A DNA stretch of 64,000 nucleotides from Macrostomum lignano (taxonomy: Eukaryota), in NCBI GenBank assembly GCA_002269645.1, contig NIVC01002678.1, forward strand, positions 86,056 through 150,055, in the 5' to 3' direction. The translations under genes were made by a program, and so were the position numbers. This document shows, piece after piece, positions 45,701 through 60,700 of this stretch; the stretch's first letter is position 1; every line of letters starts with the position of its first letter. Below the pieces are notes generated by a model. The model saw nothing but the letters and a program-made list of their open reading frames with translations, did no database searches and was not told the origin of the DNA.

Positions 45701-48700
45701 TTAATTTTTATATGACACCTTTCATGTCTGACATGACGCTTCTTTTGATTTTTACATGACGCTTCTTTTATTCTTCCATGATGCTTCTTAATTTTTTAAA
45801 TGACACTTTCATTAGTTTTTATATGAGGCTTCTATGATTGTTTACATGACGCTTCTATGATTGTTTACATGACGCTTCTATGATTTGTACATGACACTTC
45901 TATGATTGTTTACATGACGCTTCTATGATTTTTTACATGACGCTTCTATGATTTGTACATGACACTTCTATGATTGTTTACATGACGCTTCTATGATTTG
46001 TACATGACACTTCTATGATTGTTTACATGACGCTTCTATGATTTTTTACATGACGCTTCTATGATTGTTTACATGACGCTTCTATGATTTTTACATGACA
46101 CTTCTATGATTGTTTACATGACGCTTCTATGATTGTTTACATGACGCTTCTCTGATATTTACATGGCGCTTCTATGATTTTTTCATGACGCTTCTATGAT
46201 TTTTTCATTACGCTTTTATGATTTTTTACGTGACGCTTCTATGATTTTTACATGACGCTTCTATAATTTTTATGACGCTTCTATGATTTTTTACATGACG
46301 CTTCTATGATTTACATGACGATTCTATGATTTTTGTATGACGCTTCTATGATTTTTACATGACGCTTCTATGATTTTTACATGACGATTCTATGATTTTT
46401 GTATGACGCTTCTATGATTTTTTACATGACGATTCTATGATTTTTACATGACGCTTCTATGATTTTTACAGGACGCTTCTATGATTTTTACACGACGCTT
46501 CTATAATTTTTATGACGCTTCTATGATTTTTTACATGACGCTTCTATGATATTTACATGACGCTTGTATAATTTTTTACATGACGCTTTTATGATTGTTT
46601 ACATGACGCTTCTATGATTTTTACACGACGCTTCTATGATTTTTACATGACGCTTCTATGATTTTTACATGACGATTCTATGATTTTTGTATGACGCTTC
46701 TATGATTTTTACATGACGCTTCTATATTTTTATGACGCTTCTATGATTTTTACATGACGCTTCTATGATTTACATGACGCTTCTGTGATTTTTTACATGA
46801 CGCTTCTATGATTTTTACATGACGCTTCTATGATTTTTACATGACGCTTCTATGAATTTTACATGACGATTCTATGATTTTTGTATGACGCTTCTATGAT
46901 TTTTACATGACGCTTCTATGATTTTTGTATGACGCTTCTATGATTTTTACATGACGCTTCTATAATTTTTATGACGCTTCTATGATTTTTTACATGACGC
47001 TTCTATGATTTACATGACGATTCTATGATTTTTACATGACGCTTCTATGATTTTTACATGACGCTTCTATGATTTTTACATGACGCTTCTATGATTTTTT
47101 ACATGACGCTTCTATGATTTTTACACGACGCTTCTATGATTTTTACATGACGCTTCTATGATTTTTACATGACGATTCTATGATTTTTGTATGACGCTTC
47201 TATGATTTTTACATGACGCTTCTATAATTTTTATGACGCTTCTATGATTTTTTACATGACGCTTCTATGATTTACATGACGCTTCTGTGATTTTTTACAT
47301 GACGCTTCTATGATTTTTACATGACGCTTCTATGATTTTTACATGACGCTTCTATGAATTTTACATGACGATTCTATGATTTTTGTATGACGCTTCTATG
47401 ATTTTTACATGACGGTTCTATGATTTTTGTATGACGCTTCTATGATTTTTACATGACGCTTCTATAATTTTTATGACGCTTCTATGATTTTTTACATGAC
47501 GCTTCTATGATTTACATGACGATTCTATGATTTTTACATGACGCTTCTATGATTTTTACAGGACGCTTCTATGATTTTTACACGACGCTTCTATGATTTT
47601 TACATGACGCTTCTATGATTTTTGTATGACGCTTCTATGATTTTTACATGACGCTTCTATGATTTTTACATGACGCTTCTATGATTTTTTACATGACGCT
47701 TCTATGATTTACATGACGCTTCTATGATTTTTGTATGACGCCTCTATGATTTTTTACATGACGCTTTTATGATTGTTTACATGACGCTTCTATGATTGTT
47801 TACTTGACGCTTCTATGATTTTTTACATTGACGCTTCTATGATTTTTTACATGACGATTCTATGATTTTTACATGACGCTTCTGTGATTTTTACAGGACA
47901 CTTCTATGATTTTTACACGACGCTTCTATGATTTTTACATGACGCTTCTATGATTTTTACATGACGATTCTATGATTTTTGTATGACGCTTCTATGATTT
48001 TTACATGACAATTCTATGATTTTTGTATGACGCTTCTATGATTTTTACATGACGCTTCTATGATTTTTACATGACGCTTCTATGATTTTTTACATGACGC
48101 TTCTATGATTTTTGTATGACGCTTCTATGATTTTTACATGACGCTTCTATGATTTTTACATGACACTTCTATGATTTTTTACATGACGCTTCTATGATGT
48201 ACATGACGCTTCTATGATTTTTACATGACGCTTCTATGATTTTTACATGACGCTTCTATGATTTTTTACATGACGCTTCTATGATTTACATGACGCTTCT
48301 ATGATTTTTTACATGACGCTTCTATGATTTTTACATGACGCTTCTATGATTGTTTACATGACGCTTCTATGATTGTTTACATGACGCTTCTATGATTTTT
48401 TCATGACGCTTTTATGATTTTTTCCATGACGCTTCTATGGTTTTTTACATGACGCTTCTATGATTGTTTACATGACGCTTCTATGATTTTTACATGACGC
48501 TTCTATGATTGTTTACATGACGCTTCTATAATTTTTTATGACGCTTCTATGATTTTTTACATGACGCTTCTATGATTTTACATGACGCTTGTATATTTTT
48601 ACATGACGCTTTATGATTTTTACATGACGCTTCTATGATTTTTACACGACGCTTCTATGATTTTTACATGACGCTTCTATGATTTTTACATGACGCTTCT

Positions 48701-51700
48701 ATGATTTTTATGACGCTTCTATGATTTTTACATGACGCTTCTATATTTTTATGACGCTTCTATGATTTTTACATGACGCTTCTATGATTTACATGACGCT
48801 TCTATGATTTTTACATGACGCTTCTATGATTTTTACATGACGCTTCTATGATTTTTACATGACGCTTCTATGATTTTTACATGACGATTCTATGATTTTT
48901 ATGACGCTTCTATGATTTTTGACATGACGCTTCTATGATTTTTACATGACGCTTCTATGATTTTTACATGACGCTTCTATGATTTTTATGACGCTTCTAT
49001 GATTTTTTACATGACGCTTCTATGATTTACATGACGCTTCTATGATTTTTACATGACGCTTCTATGATTTTTATGACGCTTCTATGATTTTTACATGACG
49101 CTTCTATGATTTTTACATGACGCTTCTATGATTTTTACATGACGCTTCTATGATTTTTACATGACGCTTCTATGATTTTTGTATGACGCTTCTATGATTT
49201 TTACATGACGCTTCTATGATTTTTACATGACGCTTCTATGATTTTTACATGACGCTTCTATGATTTTTACATGACGCTTCTATGATTTTTACATGACGCT
49301 TCTATGATTTTTATGACGCTTCTATGATTTTTACATGACGCTTCTATGATTTTTACATGACGCTTCTATGATTTTTACATGACGCTTCTATGATTTTTAC
49401 ATGACGCTTCTATGATTTTTACATGACGCTTCTATGATTTTTACATGACGCTTCTATGATTTTTTACATGACGCTTCTATGATTTACATGACGCTTCTAT
49501 GATTTTTACATGACGCTTCTATGATTTTTACATGACGCTTCTATGATTTTTACATGACGCTTCTATGATTTTTACATGACGCTTCTATGATTTTTTCATG
49601 ACGCTTCTATGATTTTTTCATGACGCTTCTATGATTTTTACATGACGCTTCTATGATTTTTACATGACGCTTCTATGATTTTTACATGACGCTTCTATGA
49701 TTTTTACATGACGCTTCTATGATTTTTACATGACGCTTCTATGATTTTTACATGACGCTTCTATGATTTTTACATGACGCTTCTATGATTTTTATGACGC
49801 TTCTATGATTTTTACATGACGCTTCTATGATTTTTACATGACGCTTCTATGATTTTTACATGACGCTTCTATGATTTTTACATGACGCTTCTATGATTTT
49901 TGTATGACGCTTCTATGATTTTTACATGACGCTTCTATGATTTTTATGACGCTTCTATGATTTTTACATGACGCTTCTATGATTTACATGACGCTTCTAT
50001 GATTTTTACATGACGCTTCTATGATTTTTACATGACGCTTCTATGATTTTTACATGACGCTTCTATGATTTTTACATGACGATTCTATGATTTTTGTATG
50101 ACGCTTCTATGATTTTTACATGACGCTTCTATGATTTTTATGACGCTTCTATGATTTTTACATGACGCTTCTATATTTTTACATGACGCTTCTATGATTT
50201 TTTACATGACGCTTCTATGATTTTTACATGACGCTTCTATGATTTTTACATGACGCTTCTATGATTTTTACATGACGCTTCTATGATTTTTACATGACGC
50301 TTCTATGATTTTTACATGACGCTTCTATGATTTTTATGACGCTTCTATGATTTTTACATGACGCTTCTATGATTTTTACATGACGCTTCTATGATTTTTA
50401 CATGACGCTTCTATGATTTTTACATGACGCTTCTATGATTTTTACATGACGCTTCTATGATTTTTACATGACGCTTCTATGATTTTTACATGACGCTTCT
50501 ATGATTTTTACATGACGCTTCTATGATTTTTACATGACGCTTCTATGATTTTTACATGACGCTTCTATGATTTTTACATGACGCTTCTATGATTTTTACA
50601 TGACGCTTCTATGATTTTTACATGACGCTTCTATGATTTTTACATGACGCTTCTATGATTTTTACATGACGCTTCTATGATTTTTACATGACGCTTCTAT
50701 GATTTTTACATGACGCTTCTATGATTTTTACATGACGCTTCTATGATTTTTACATGACGCTTCTATGATTTTTATGACGCTTCTATGATTTTTACATGAC
50801 GCTTCTATGATTTTTACATGACGCTTCTATGATTTTTACATGACGCTTCTATGATTTTTACATGACGCTTCTATGATTTTTACATGACGCTTCTATGATT
50901 TTTACATGACGCTTCTATGATTTTTACATGACGCTTCTATGATTTTTACATGACGCTTCTATGATTTTTACATGACGCTTCTATGATTTTTACATGACGC
51001 TTCTATGATTTTTACATGACGCTTCTATGATTTTTACATGACGCTTCTATGATTTTTACATGACGCTTCTATGATTTTTACATGACGCTTCTATGATTTT
51101 TACATGACGCTTCTATGATTTTTACATGACGCTTCTATGATTTTTACATGACGCTTCTATGATTTTTACATGACGCTTCTATGATTTTTACATGACGCTT
51201 CTATGATTTTTACATGACGCTTCTATGATTTTTGTATGACGCTTCTATGATTTTTACATGACGCTTCTATGATTTTTACATGACGCTTCTATGATTTTTA
51301 CATGACGCTTCTATGATTTTTACATGACGCTTCTATGATTTTTACATGACGCTTCTATGATTTTTACATGACGCTTCTATGATTTTTACATGACGCTTCT
51401 ATGATTTTTACATGACGCTTCTATGATTTTTACATGACGCTTCTATGATTTTTACATGACGCTTCTATGATTTTTACATGACGCTTCTATGATTTTTACA
51501 TGACGCTTCTATGATTTTTACATGACGCTTCTATGATTTTTACATGACGCTTCTATGATTTTTACATGACGCTTCTATGATTTTTACATGACGCTTCTAT
51601 GATTTTTACATGACGCTTCTATGATTTTTACATGACGCTTCTATGATTTTTACATGACGCTTCTATGATTTTTACATGACGCTTCTATGATTTTTACATG

Positions 51701-54700
51701 ACGCTTCTATAATTTTTGTGACGCTTCTATGATTTTTTACATGACGCTTCTATGATTTACATGACGCTTCTATGATTTTTACATGACGCTTCTATGATTT
51801 TTACATGACGCTTCTATGATTTTTACATGACGCTTCTATGATTTTTACATGACGCTTCTATGATTTTTACATGACGCTTCTATGATTTTTACATGACGCT
51901 TCTATGATTTTTATGACGCTTCTATGATTTTTACATGACGCTTCTATGATTTTTACATGACGCTTCTATGATTTTTACATGACGCTTCTATGATTTTTAC
52001 ATGACGCTTCTATGATTTTTACATGACGCTTCTATGATTTTTACATGACGCTTCTATGATTTTTACATGACGCTTCTATGATTTTTACATGACGCTTCTA
52101 TGATTTTTATGACGCTTCTATGATTTTTACATGACGCTTCTATGATTTTTACATGACGCTTCTATGATTTTTACATGACGCTTCTATGATTTTTACATGA
52201 CGCTTCTATGATTTTTACATGACGCTTCTATGATTTTTACATGACGCTTCTATGATTTTTACATGACGCTTCTATGATTTTTACATGACGCTTCTATGAT
52301 TTTTACATGACGCTTCTATGATTTTTACATGACGCTTCTATGATTTTTACATGACGCTTCTATGATTTTTACATGACGCTTCTATGATTTTTACATGACG
52401 CTTCTATGATTTTTACATGACGCTTCTATGATTTTTACATGACGCTTCTATGATTTTTACATGACGCTTCTATGATTTTTACATGACGCTTCTATGATTT
52501 TTACATGACGCTTCTATGATTTTTACATGACGCTTCTATGATTTTTACATGACGCTTCTATGATTTTTACATGACGCTTCTATGATTTTTACATGACGCT
52601 TCTATGATTTTTACATGACGCTTCTATGATTTTTACATGACGCTTCTATGATTTTTACATGACGCTTCTATGATTTTTACATGACGCTTCTATGATTTTT
52701 ACATGACGCTTCTATGATTTTTACATGACGCTTCTATGATTTTTACATGACGCTTCTATGATTTTTACATGACGCTTCTATGATTTTTACATGACGCTTC
52801 TATGATTTTTACATGACGCTTCTATGATTTTTACATGACGCTTCTATGATTTTTACATGACGCTTCTATGATTTTTACATGACGCTTCTATGATTTTTAC
52901 ATGACGCTTCTATGATTTTTACATGACGCTTCTATGATTTTTACATGACGCTTCTATGATTTTTACATGACGCTTCTATGATTTTTACATGACGCTTCTA
53001 TGATTTTTACATGACGCTTCTATGATTTTTACATGACGCTTCTATGATTTTTACATGACGCTTCTATGATTTTTACATGACGCTTCTATGATTTTTACAT
53101 GACGCTTCTATGATTTTTACATGACGCTTCTATGATTTTTACATGACGCTTCTATGATTTTTACATGACGCTTCTATGATTTTTACATGACGCTTCTATG
53201 ATTTTTACATGACGCTTCTATGATTTTTACATGACGCTTCTATGATTTTTACATGACGCTTCTATGATTTTTACATGACGCTTCTATGATTTTTACATGA
53301 CGCTTCTATGATTTTTACATGACGCTTCTATGATTTTTACATGACGCTTCTATGATTTTTACATGACGCTTCTATGATTTTTATGACGCTTCTATGATTT
53401 TTACATGACGCTTCTATGATTTTTACATGACGCTTCTATGATTTTTACATGACGCTTCTATGATTTTTACATGACGCTTCTATGATTTTTACATGACGCT
53501 TCTATGATTTTTACATGACGCTTCTATGATTTTTACATGACGCTTCTATGATTTTTACATGACGCTTCTATGATTTTTACATGACGCTTCTATGATTTTT
53601 ACATGACGCTTCTATGATTTTTACATGACGCTTCTATGATTTTTACATGACGCTTCTATGATTTTTACATGACGCTTCTATGATTTTTACATGACGCTTC
53701 TATGATTTTTACATGACGCTTCTATGATTTTTACATGACGCTTCTATGATTTTTACATGACGCTTCTATGATTTTTACATGACGCTTCTATGATTTTTAC
53801 ATGACGCTTCTATGATTTTTACATGACGCTTCTATGATTTTTACATGACGCTTCTATGATTTTTACATGACGCTTCTATGATTTTTACATGACGCTTCTA
53901 TGATTTTTGTGACGCTTCTATGATTTTTTACATGACGCTTCTATGATTTTTACATGACGCTTCTATGATTTTTACATGACGCTTCTATGATTTTTACATG
54001 ACGCTTCTATGATTTTTACATGACGCTTCTATGATTTTTACATGACGCTTCTATGATTTTTACATGACGCTTCTATGATTTTTACATGACGCTTCTATGA
54101 TTTTTACATGACGCTTCTATGATTTTTACATGACGCTTCTATGATTTTTATGACGCTTCTATGATTTTTACATGACGCTTCTATGATTTTTACATGACGC
54201 TTCTATGATTTTTACATGACGCTTCTATGATTTTTACATGACGCTTCTATGATTTTTACATGACGCTTCTATGATTTTTACATGACGCTTCTATGATTTT
54301 TATGACGCTTCTATGATTTTTACATGACGCTTCTATGATTTTTACATGACGCTTCTATGATTTTTACATGACGCTTCTATGATTTTTACATGACGCTTCT
54401 ATGATTTTTACATGACGCTTCTATGATTTTTACATGACGCTTCTATGATTTTTACATGACGCTTCTATGATTTTTACATGACGCTTCTATGATTTTTACA
54501 TGACGCTTCTATGATTTTTACATGACGCTTCTATGATTTTTACATGACGCTTCTATGATTTTTACATGACGCTTCTATGATTTTTACATGACGCTTCTAT
54601 GATTTTTACATGACGCTTCTATGATTTTTACATGACGCTTCTATGATTTTTACATGACGCTTCTATGATTTTTACATGACGCTTCTATGATTTTTATGAC

Positions 54701-57700
54701 GCTTCTATGATTTTTACATGACGCTTCTATGATTTTTACATGACGCTTCTATGATTTTTACATGACGCTTCTATGATTTTTACATGACGCTTCTATGATT
54801 TTTACATGACGCTTCTATGATTTTTACATGACGCTTCTATGATTTTTACATGACGCTTCTATGATTTTTACATGACGCTTCTATGATTTTTACATGACGC
54901 TTCTATGATTTTTACATGACGCTTCTATGATTTTTACATGACGCTTCTATGATTTTTACATGACGCTTCTATGATTTTTACATGACGCTTCTATGATTTT
55001 TACATGACGCTTCTATGATTTTTACATGACGCTTCTATGATTTTTACATGACGCTTCTATGATTTTTACATGACGCTTCTATGATTTTTACATGACGCTT
55101 CTATGATTTTTACATGACGCTTCTATGATTTTTACATGACGCTTCTATGATTTTTACATGACGCTTCTATGATTTTTACATGACGCTTCTATGATTTTTA
55201 CATGACGCTTCTATGATTTTTACATGACGCTTCTATGATTTTTACATGACGCTTCTATGATTTTTACATGACGCTTCTATGATTTTTACATGACGCTTCT
55301 ATGATTTTTACATGACGCTTCTATGATTTTTACATGACGCTTCTATGATTTTTACATGACGCTTCTATGATTTTTACATGACGCTTCTATGATTTTTACA
55401 TGACGCTTCTATGATTTTTACATGACGCTTCTATGATTTTTACATGACGCTTCTATGATTTTTACATGACGCTTCTATGATTTTTACATGACGCTTCTAT
55501 GATTTTTACATGACGCTTCTATGATTTTTACATGACGCTTCTATGATTTTTACATGACGCTTCTATGATTTTTACATGACGCTTCTATGATTTTTACATG
55601 ACGCTTCTATGATTTTTACATGACGCTTCTATGATTTTTACATGACGCTTCTATGATTTTTACATGACGCTTCTATGATTTTTACATGACGCTTCTATGA
55701 TTTTTACATGACGCTTCTATGATTTTTACATGACGCTTCTATGATTTTTACATGACGCTTCTATGATTTTTACATGACGCTTCTATGATTTTTACATGAC
55801 GCTTCTATGATTTTTACATGACGCTTCTATGATTTTTACATGACGCTTCTATGATTTTTACATGACGCTTCTATGATTTTTACATGACGCTTCTATGATT
55901 TTTACATGACGCTTCTATGATTTTTACATGACGCTTCTATGATTTTTACATGACGCTTCTATGATTTTTACATGACGCTTCTATGATTTTTACATGACGC
56001 TTCTATGATTTTTACATGACGCTTCTATGATTTTTACATGACGCTTCTATGATTTTTACATGACGCTTCTATGATTTTTACATGACGCTTCTATGATTTT
56101 TATGACGCTTCTATGATTTTTACATGACGCTTCTATGATTTTTACATGACGCTTCTATGATTTTTACATGACGCTTCTATGATTACATGACGCTTCTATG
56201 ATTTTTACATGACGCTTCTATGATTTTTACATGACGCTTCTATGATTTTTTACATGACGCTTCTATGATTTTTACATGACGCTTCTATGATTTTTACATG
56301 ACGCTTCTATGATTTTTACATGACGCTTCTATGATTTTTACATGACGCTTCTATGATTTTTACATGACGCTTCTATGATTTTTACATGACGCTTCTATGA
56401 TTTTTACATGACGCTTCTATGATTTTTACATGACGCTTCTATGATTTTTACATGACGCTTCTATGATTTTTACATGACGCTTCTATGATTTTTACATGAC
56501 GCTTCTATGATTTTTACATGACGCTTCTATGATTTTTACATGACGCTTCTATGATTTTTACATGACGCTTCTATGATTTTTACATGACGCTTCTATGATT
56601 TTTACATGACGCTTCTATGATTTTTACATGACGCTTCTATGATTTTTACATGACGCTTCTATGATTTTTACATGACGCTTCTATGATTTTTACATGACGC
56701 TTCTATGATTTTTACATGACGCTTCTATGATTTTTACATGACGCTTCTATGATTTTTACATGACGCTTCTATGATTTTTACATGACGCTTCTATGATTTT
56801 TACATGACGCTTCTATGATTTTTACATGACGCTTCTATGATTTTTACATGACGCTTCTATGATTTTTACATGACGCTTCTATGATTTTTACATGACGCTT
56901 CTATGATTTTTACATGACGCTTCTATGATTTTTACATGACGCTTCTATGATTTTTACATGACGCTTCTATGATTTTTACATGACGCTTCTATGATTTTTA
57001 CATGACGCTTCTATGATTTTTACATGACGCTTCTATGATTTTTACATGACGCTTCTATGATTTTTACATGACGCTTCTATGATTTTTACATGACGCTTCT
57101 ATGATTTTTACATGACGCTTCTATGATTTTTACATGACGCTTCTATGATTTTTACATGACGCTTCTATGATTTTTACATGACGCTTCTATGATTTTTACA
57201 TGACGCTTCTATGATTTTTACATGACGCTTCTATGATTTTTACATGACGCTTCTATGATTTTTACATGACGCTTCTATGATTTTTACATGACGCTTCTAT
57301 GATTTTTACATGACGCTTCTATGATTTTTATGACGCTTCTATGATTTTTACATGACGCTTCTATGATTTTTACATGACGCTTCTATGATTTTTACATGAC
57401 GCTTCTATGATTTTTACATGACGCTTCTATGATTTTTACATGACGCTTCTATGATTTTTACATGACGCTTCTATGATTTTTTACATGACGCTTCTATGAT
57501 TTTTACATGACGCTTCTATGATTTTTACATGACGCTTCTATGATTTTTACATGACGCTTCTATGATTTTTACATGACGCTTCTATGATTTTTACATGACG
57601 CTTCTATGATTTTTACATGACGCTTCTATGATTTTTACATGACGCTTCTATGATTTTTACATGACGCTTCTATGATTTTTACATGACGCTTCTATGATTT

Positions 57701-60700
57701 TTACATGACGCTTCTATGATTTTTACATGACGCTTCTATGATTTTTACATGACGCTTCTATGATTTTTACATGACGCTTCTATGATTTTTACATGACGCT
57801 TTCTATGATTTTTACATGACGCTTCTATGATTTTTACATGACGCTTCTATGATTTTTACATGACGCTTCTATGATTTTTACATGACGCTTCTATGATTTT
57901 TACATGACGCTTCTATGATTTTTACATGACGCTTCTATGATTTTTACATGACGCTTCTATGATTTTACATGACGCTTCTATGATTTTTACATGACGCTTC
58001 TATGATTTTTACATGACGCTTCTATGATTTTTTACATGACGCTTCTATGATTTTTACATGACGCTTCTATGATTTTTACATGACGCTTCTATGATTTTTA
58101 CATGACGCTTCTATGATTTTTACATGACGCTTCTATGATTTTTACATGACGCTTCTATGATTTTTTCATGACGCTTCTATGATTTTTACATGACGCTTCT
58201 ATGATTTTTACATGACGCTTCTATGATTTTTACATGACGCTTCTATGATTTTTACATGACGCTTCTATGATTTTTACATGACGCTTCTATGATTTTTATG
58301 ACGCTTCTATGATTTTTACATGACGCTTCTATGATTTTTACATGACGCTTCTATGATTTTTACATGACGCTTCTATGATTTTTACATGACGCTTCTATGA
58401 TTTTTACATGACGCTTCTATGATTTTTACATGACGCTTCTATGATTTTTACATGACGCTTCTATGATTTTTACATGACGCTTCTATGATTTTTACATGAC
58501 GCTTCTATGATTTTTACATGACGCTTCTATGATTTTTACATGACGCTTCTATGATTTTTTACATGACGCTTCTATGATTTTTACATGACGCTTCTATGAT
58601 TTTTACATGACGCTTCTATGATTTTTACATGACGCTTCTATGATTTTTACATGACGCTTCTATGATTTTTACATGACGCTTCTATGATTTTTACATGACG
58701 CTTCTATGATTTTTACATGACGCTTCTATGATTTTTACATGACGCTTCTATGATTTTTACATGACGCTTCTATGATTTTACATGACGCTTCTATGATTTT
58801 TACATGACGCTTCTATGATTTTTACATGACGCTTCTATGATTTTTACATGACGCTTCTATGATTTTTACATGACGCTTCTATGATTTTTTACATGACGCT
58901 TCTATGATTTTTACATGACGCTTCTATGATTTTTACATGACGCTTCTATGATTTTTACATGACGCTTCTATGATTTTTACATGACGCTTCTATGATTTTT
59001 ACATGACGCTTCTATGATTTTTACATGACGCTTCTATGATTTTTACATGACGCTTCTATGATTTTTACATGACGCTTCTATGATTTTTACATGACGCTTC
59101 TATGATTTTTACATGACGCTTCTATGATTTTTACATGACGCTTCTATGATTTTTACATGACGCTTCTATGATTTTTACATGACGCTTCTATGATTTTTAC
59201 ATGACGCTTCTATGATTTTTACATGACGCTTCTATGATTTTTACATGACGCTTCTATGATTTTTACATGACGCTTCTATGATTTTTACATGACGCTTCTA
59301 TGATTTTTACATGACGCTTCTATGATTTTTACATGACGCTTCTATGATTTTTACATGACGCTTCTATGATTTTTACATGACGCTTCTATGATTTTTACAT
59401 GACGCTTCTATGATTTTTACATGACGCTTCTATGATTTTTACATGACGCTTCTATGATTTTTACATGACGCTTCTATGATTTTTACATGACGCTTCTATG
59501 ATTTTTACATGACGCTTCTATGATTTTTACATGACGCTTCTATGATTTTTACATGACGCTTCTATGATTTTTACATGACGCTTCTATGATTTTTACATGA
59601 CGCTTCTATGATTTTTACATGACGCTTCTATGATTTTTACATGACGCTTCTATGATTTTTACATGACGCTTCTATGATTTTTACATGACGCTTCTATGAT
59701 TTTTACATGACGCTTCTATGATTTTTACATGACGCTTCTATGATTTTTACATGACGCTTCTATGATTTTTACATGACGCTTCTATGATTTTTACATGACG
59801 CTTCTATGATTTTTACATGACGCTTCTATGATTTTTACATGACGCTTCTATGATTTTTACATGACGCTTCTATGATTTTTACATGACGCTTCTATGATTT
59901 TTACATGACGCTTCTATGATTTTTACATGACGCTTCTATGATTTTTACATGACGCTTCTATGATTTTTACATGACGCTTCTATGATTTTTACATGACGCT
60001 TCTATGATTTTTACATGACGCTTCTATGATTTTTACATGACGCTTCTATGATTTTTACATGACGCTTCTATGATTTTTACATGACGCTTCTATGATTTTT
60101 ACATGACGCTTCTATGATTTTTACATGACGCTTCTATGATTTTTACATGACGCTTCTATGATTTTTACATGACGCTTCTATGATTTTTACATGACGCTTC
60201 TATGATTTTTTACATGACGCTTCTATGATTTTTACATGACGCTTCTATGATTTTTACATGACGCTTCTATGATTTTTACATGACGCTTCTATGATTTTTA
60301 CATGACGCTTCTATGATTTTTACATGACGCTTCTATGATTTTTACATGACGCTTCTATGATTTTTACATGACGCTTCTATGATTTTTACATGACGCTTCT
60401 ATGATTTTTACATGACGCTTCTATGATTTTTACATGACGCTTCTATGATTTTTACATGACGCTTCTATGATTTTTACATGACGCTTCTATGATTTTTACA
60501 TGACGCTTCTATGATTTTTACATGACGCTTCTATGATTTTTACATGACGCTTCTATGATTTTTACATGACGCTTCTATGATTTTTACATGACGCTTCTAT
60601 GATTTTTACATGACGCTTCTATGATTTTTACATGACGCTTCTATGATTTTTACATGACGCTTCTATGATTTTTACATGACGCTTCTATGATTTTTATGAC

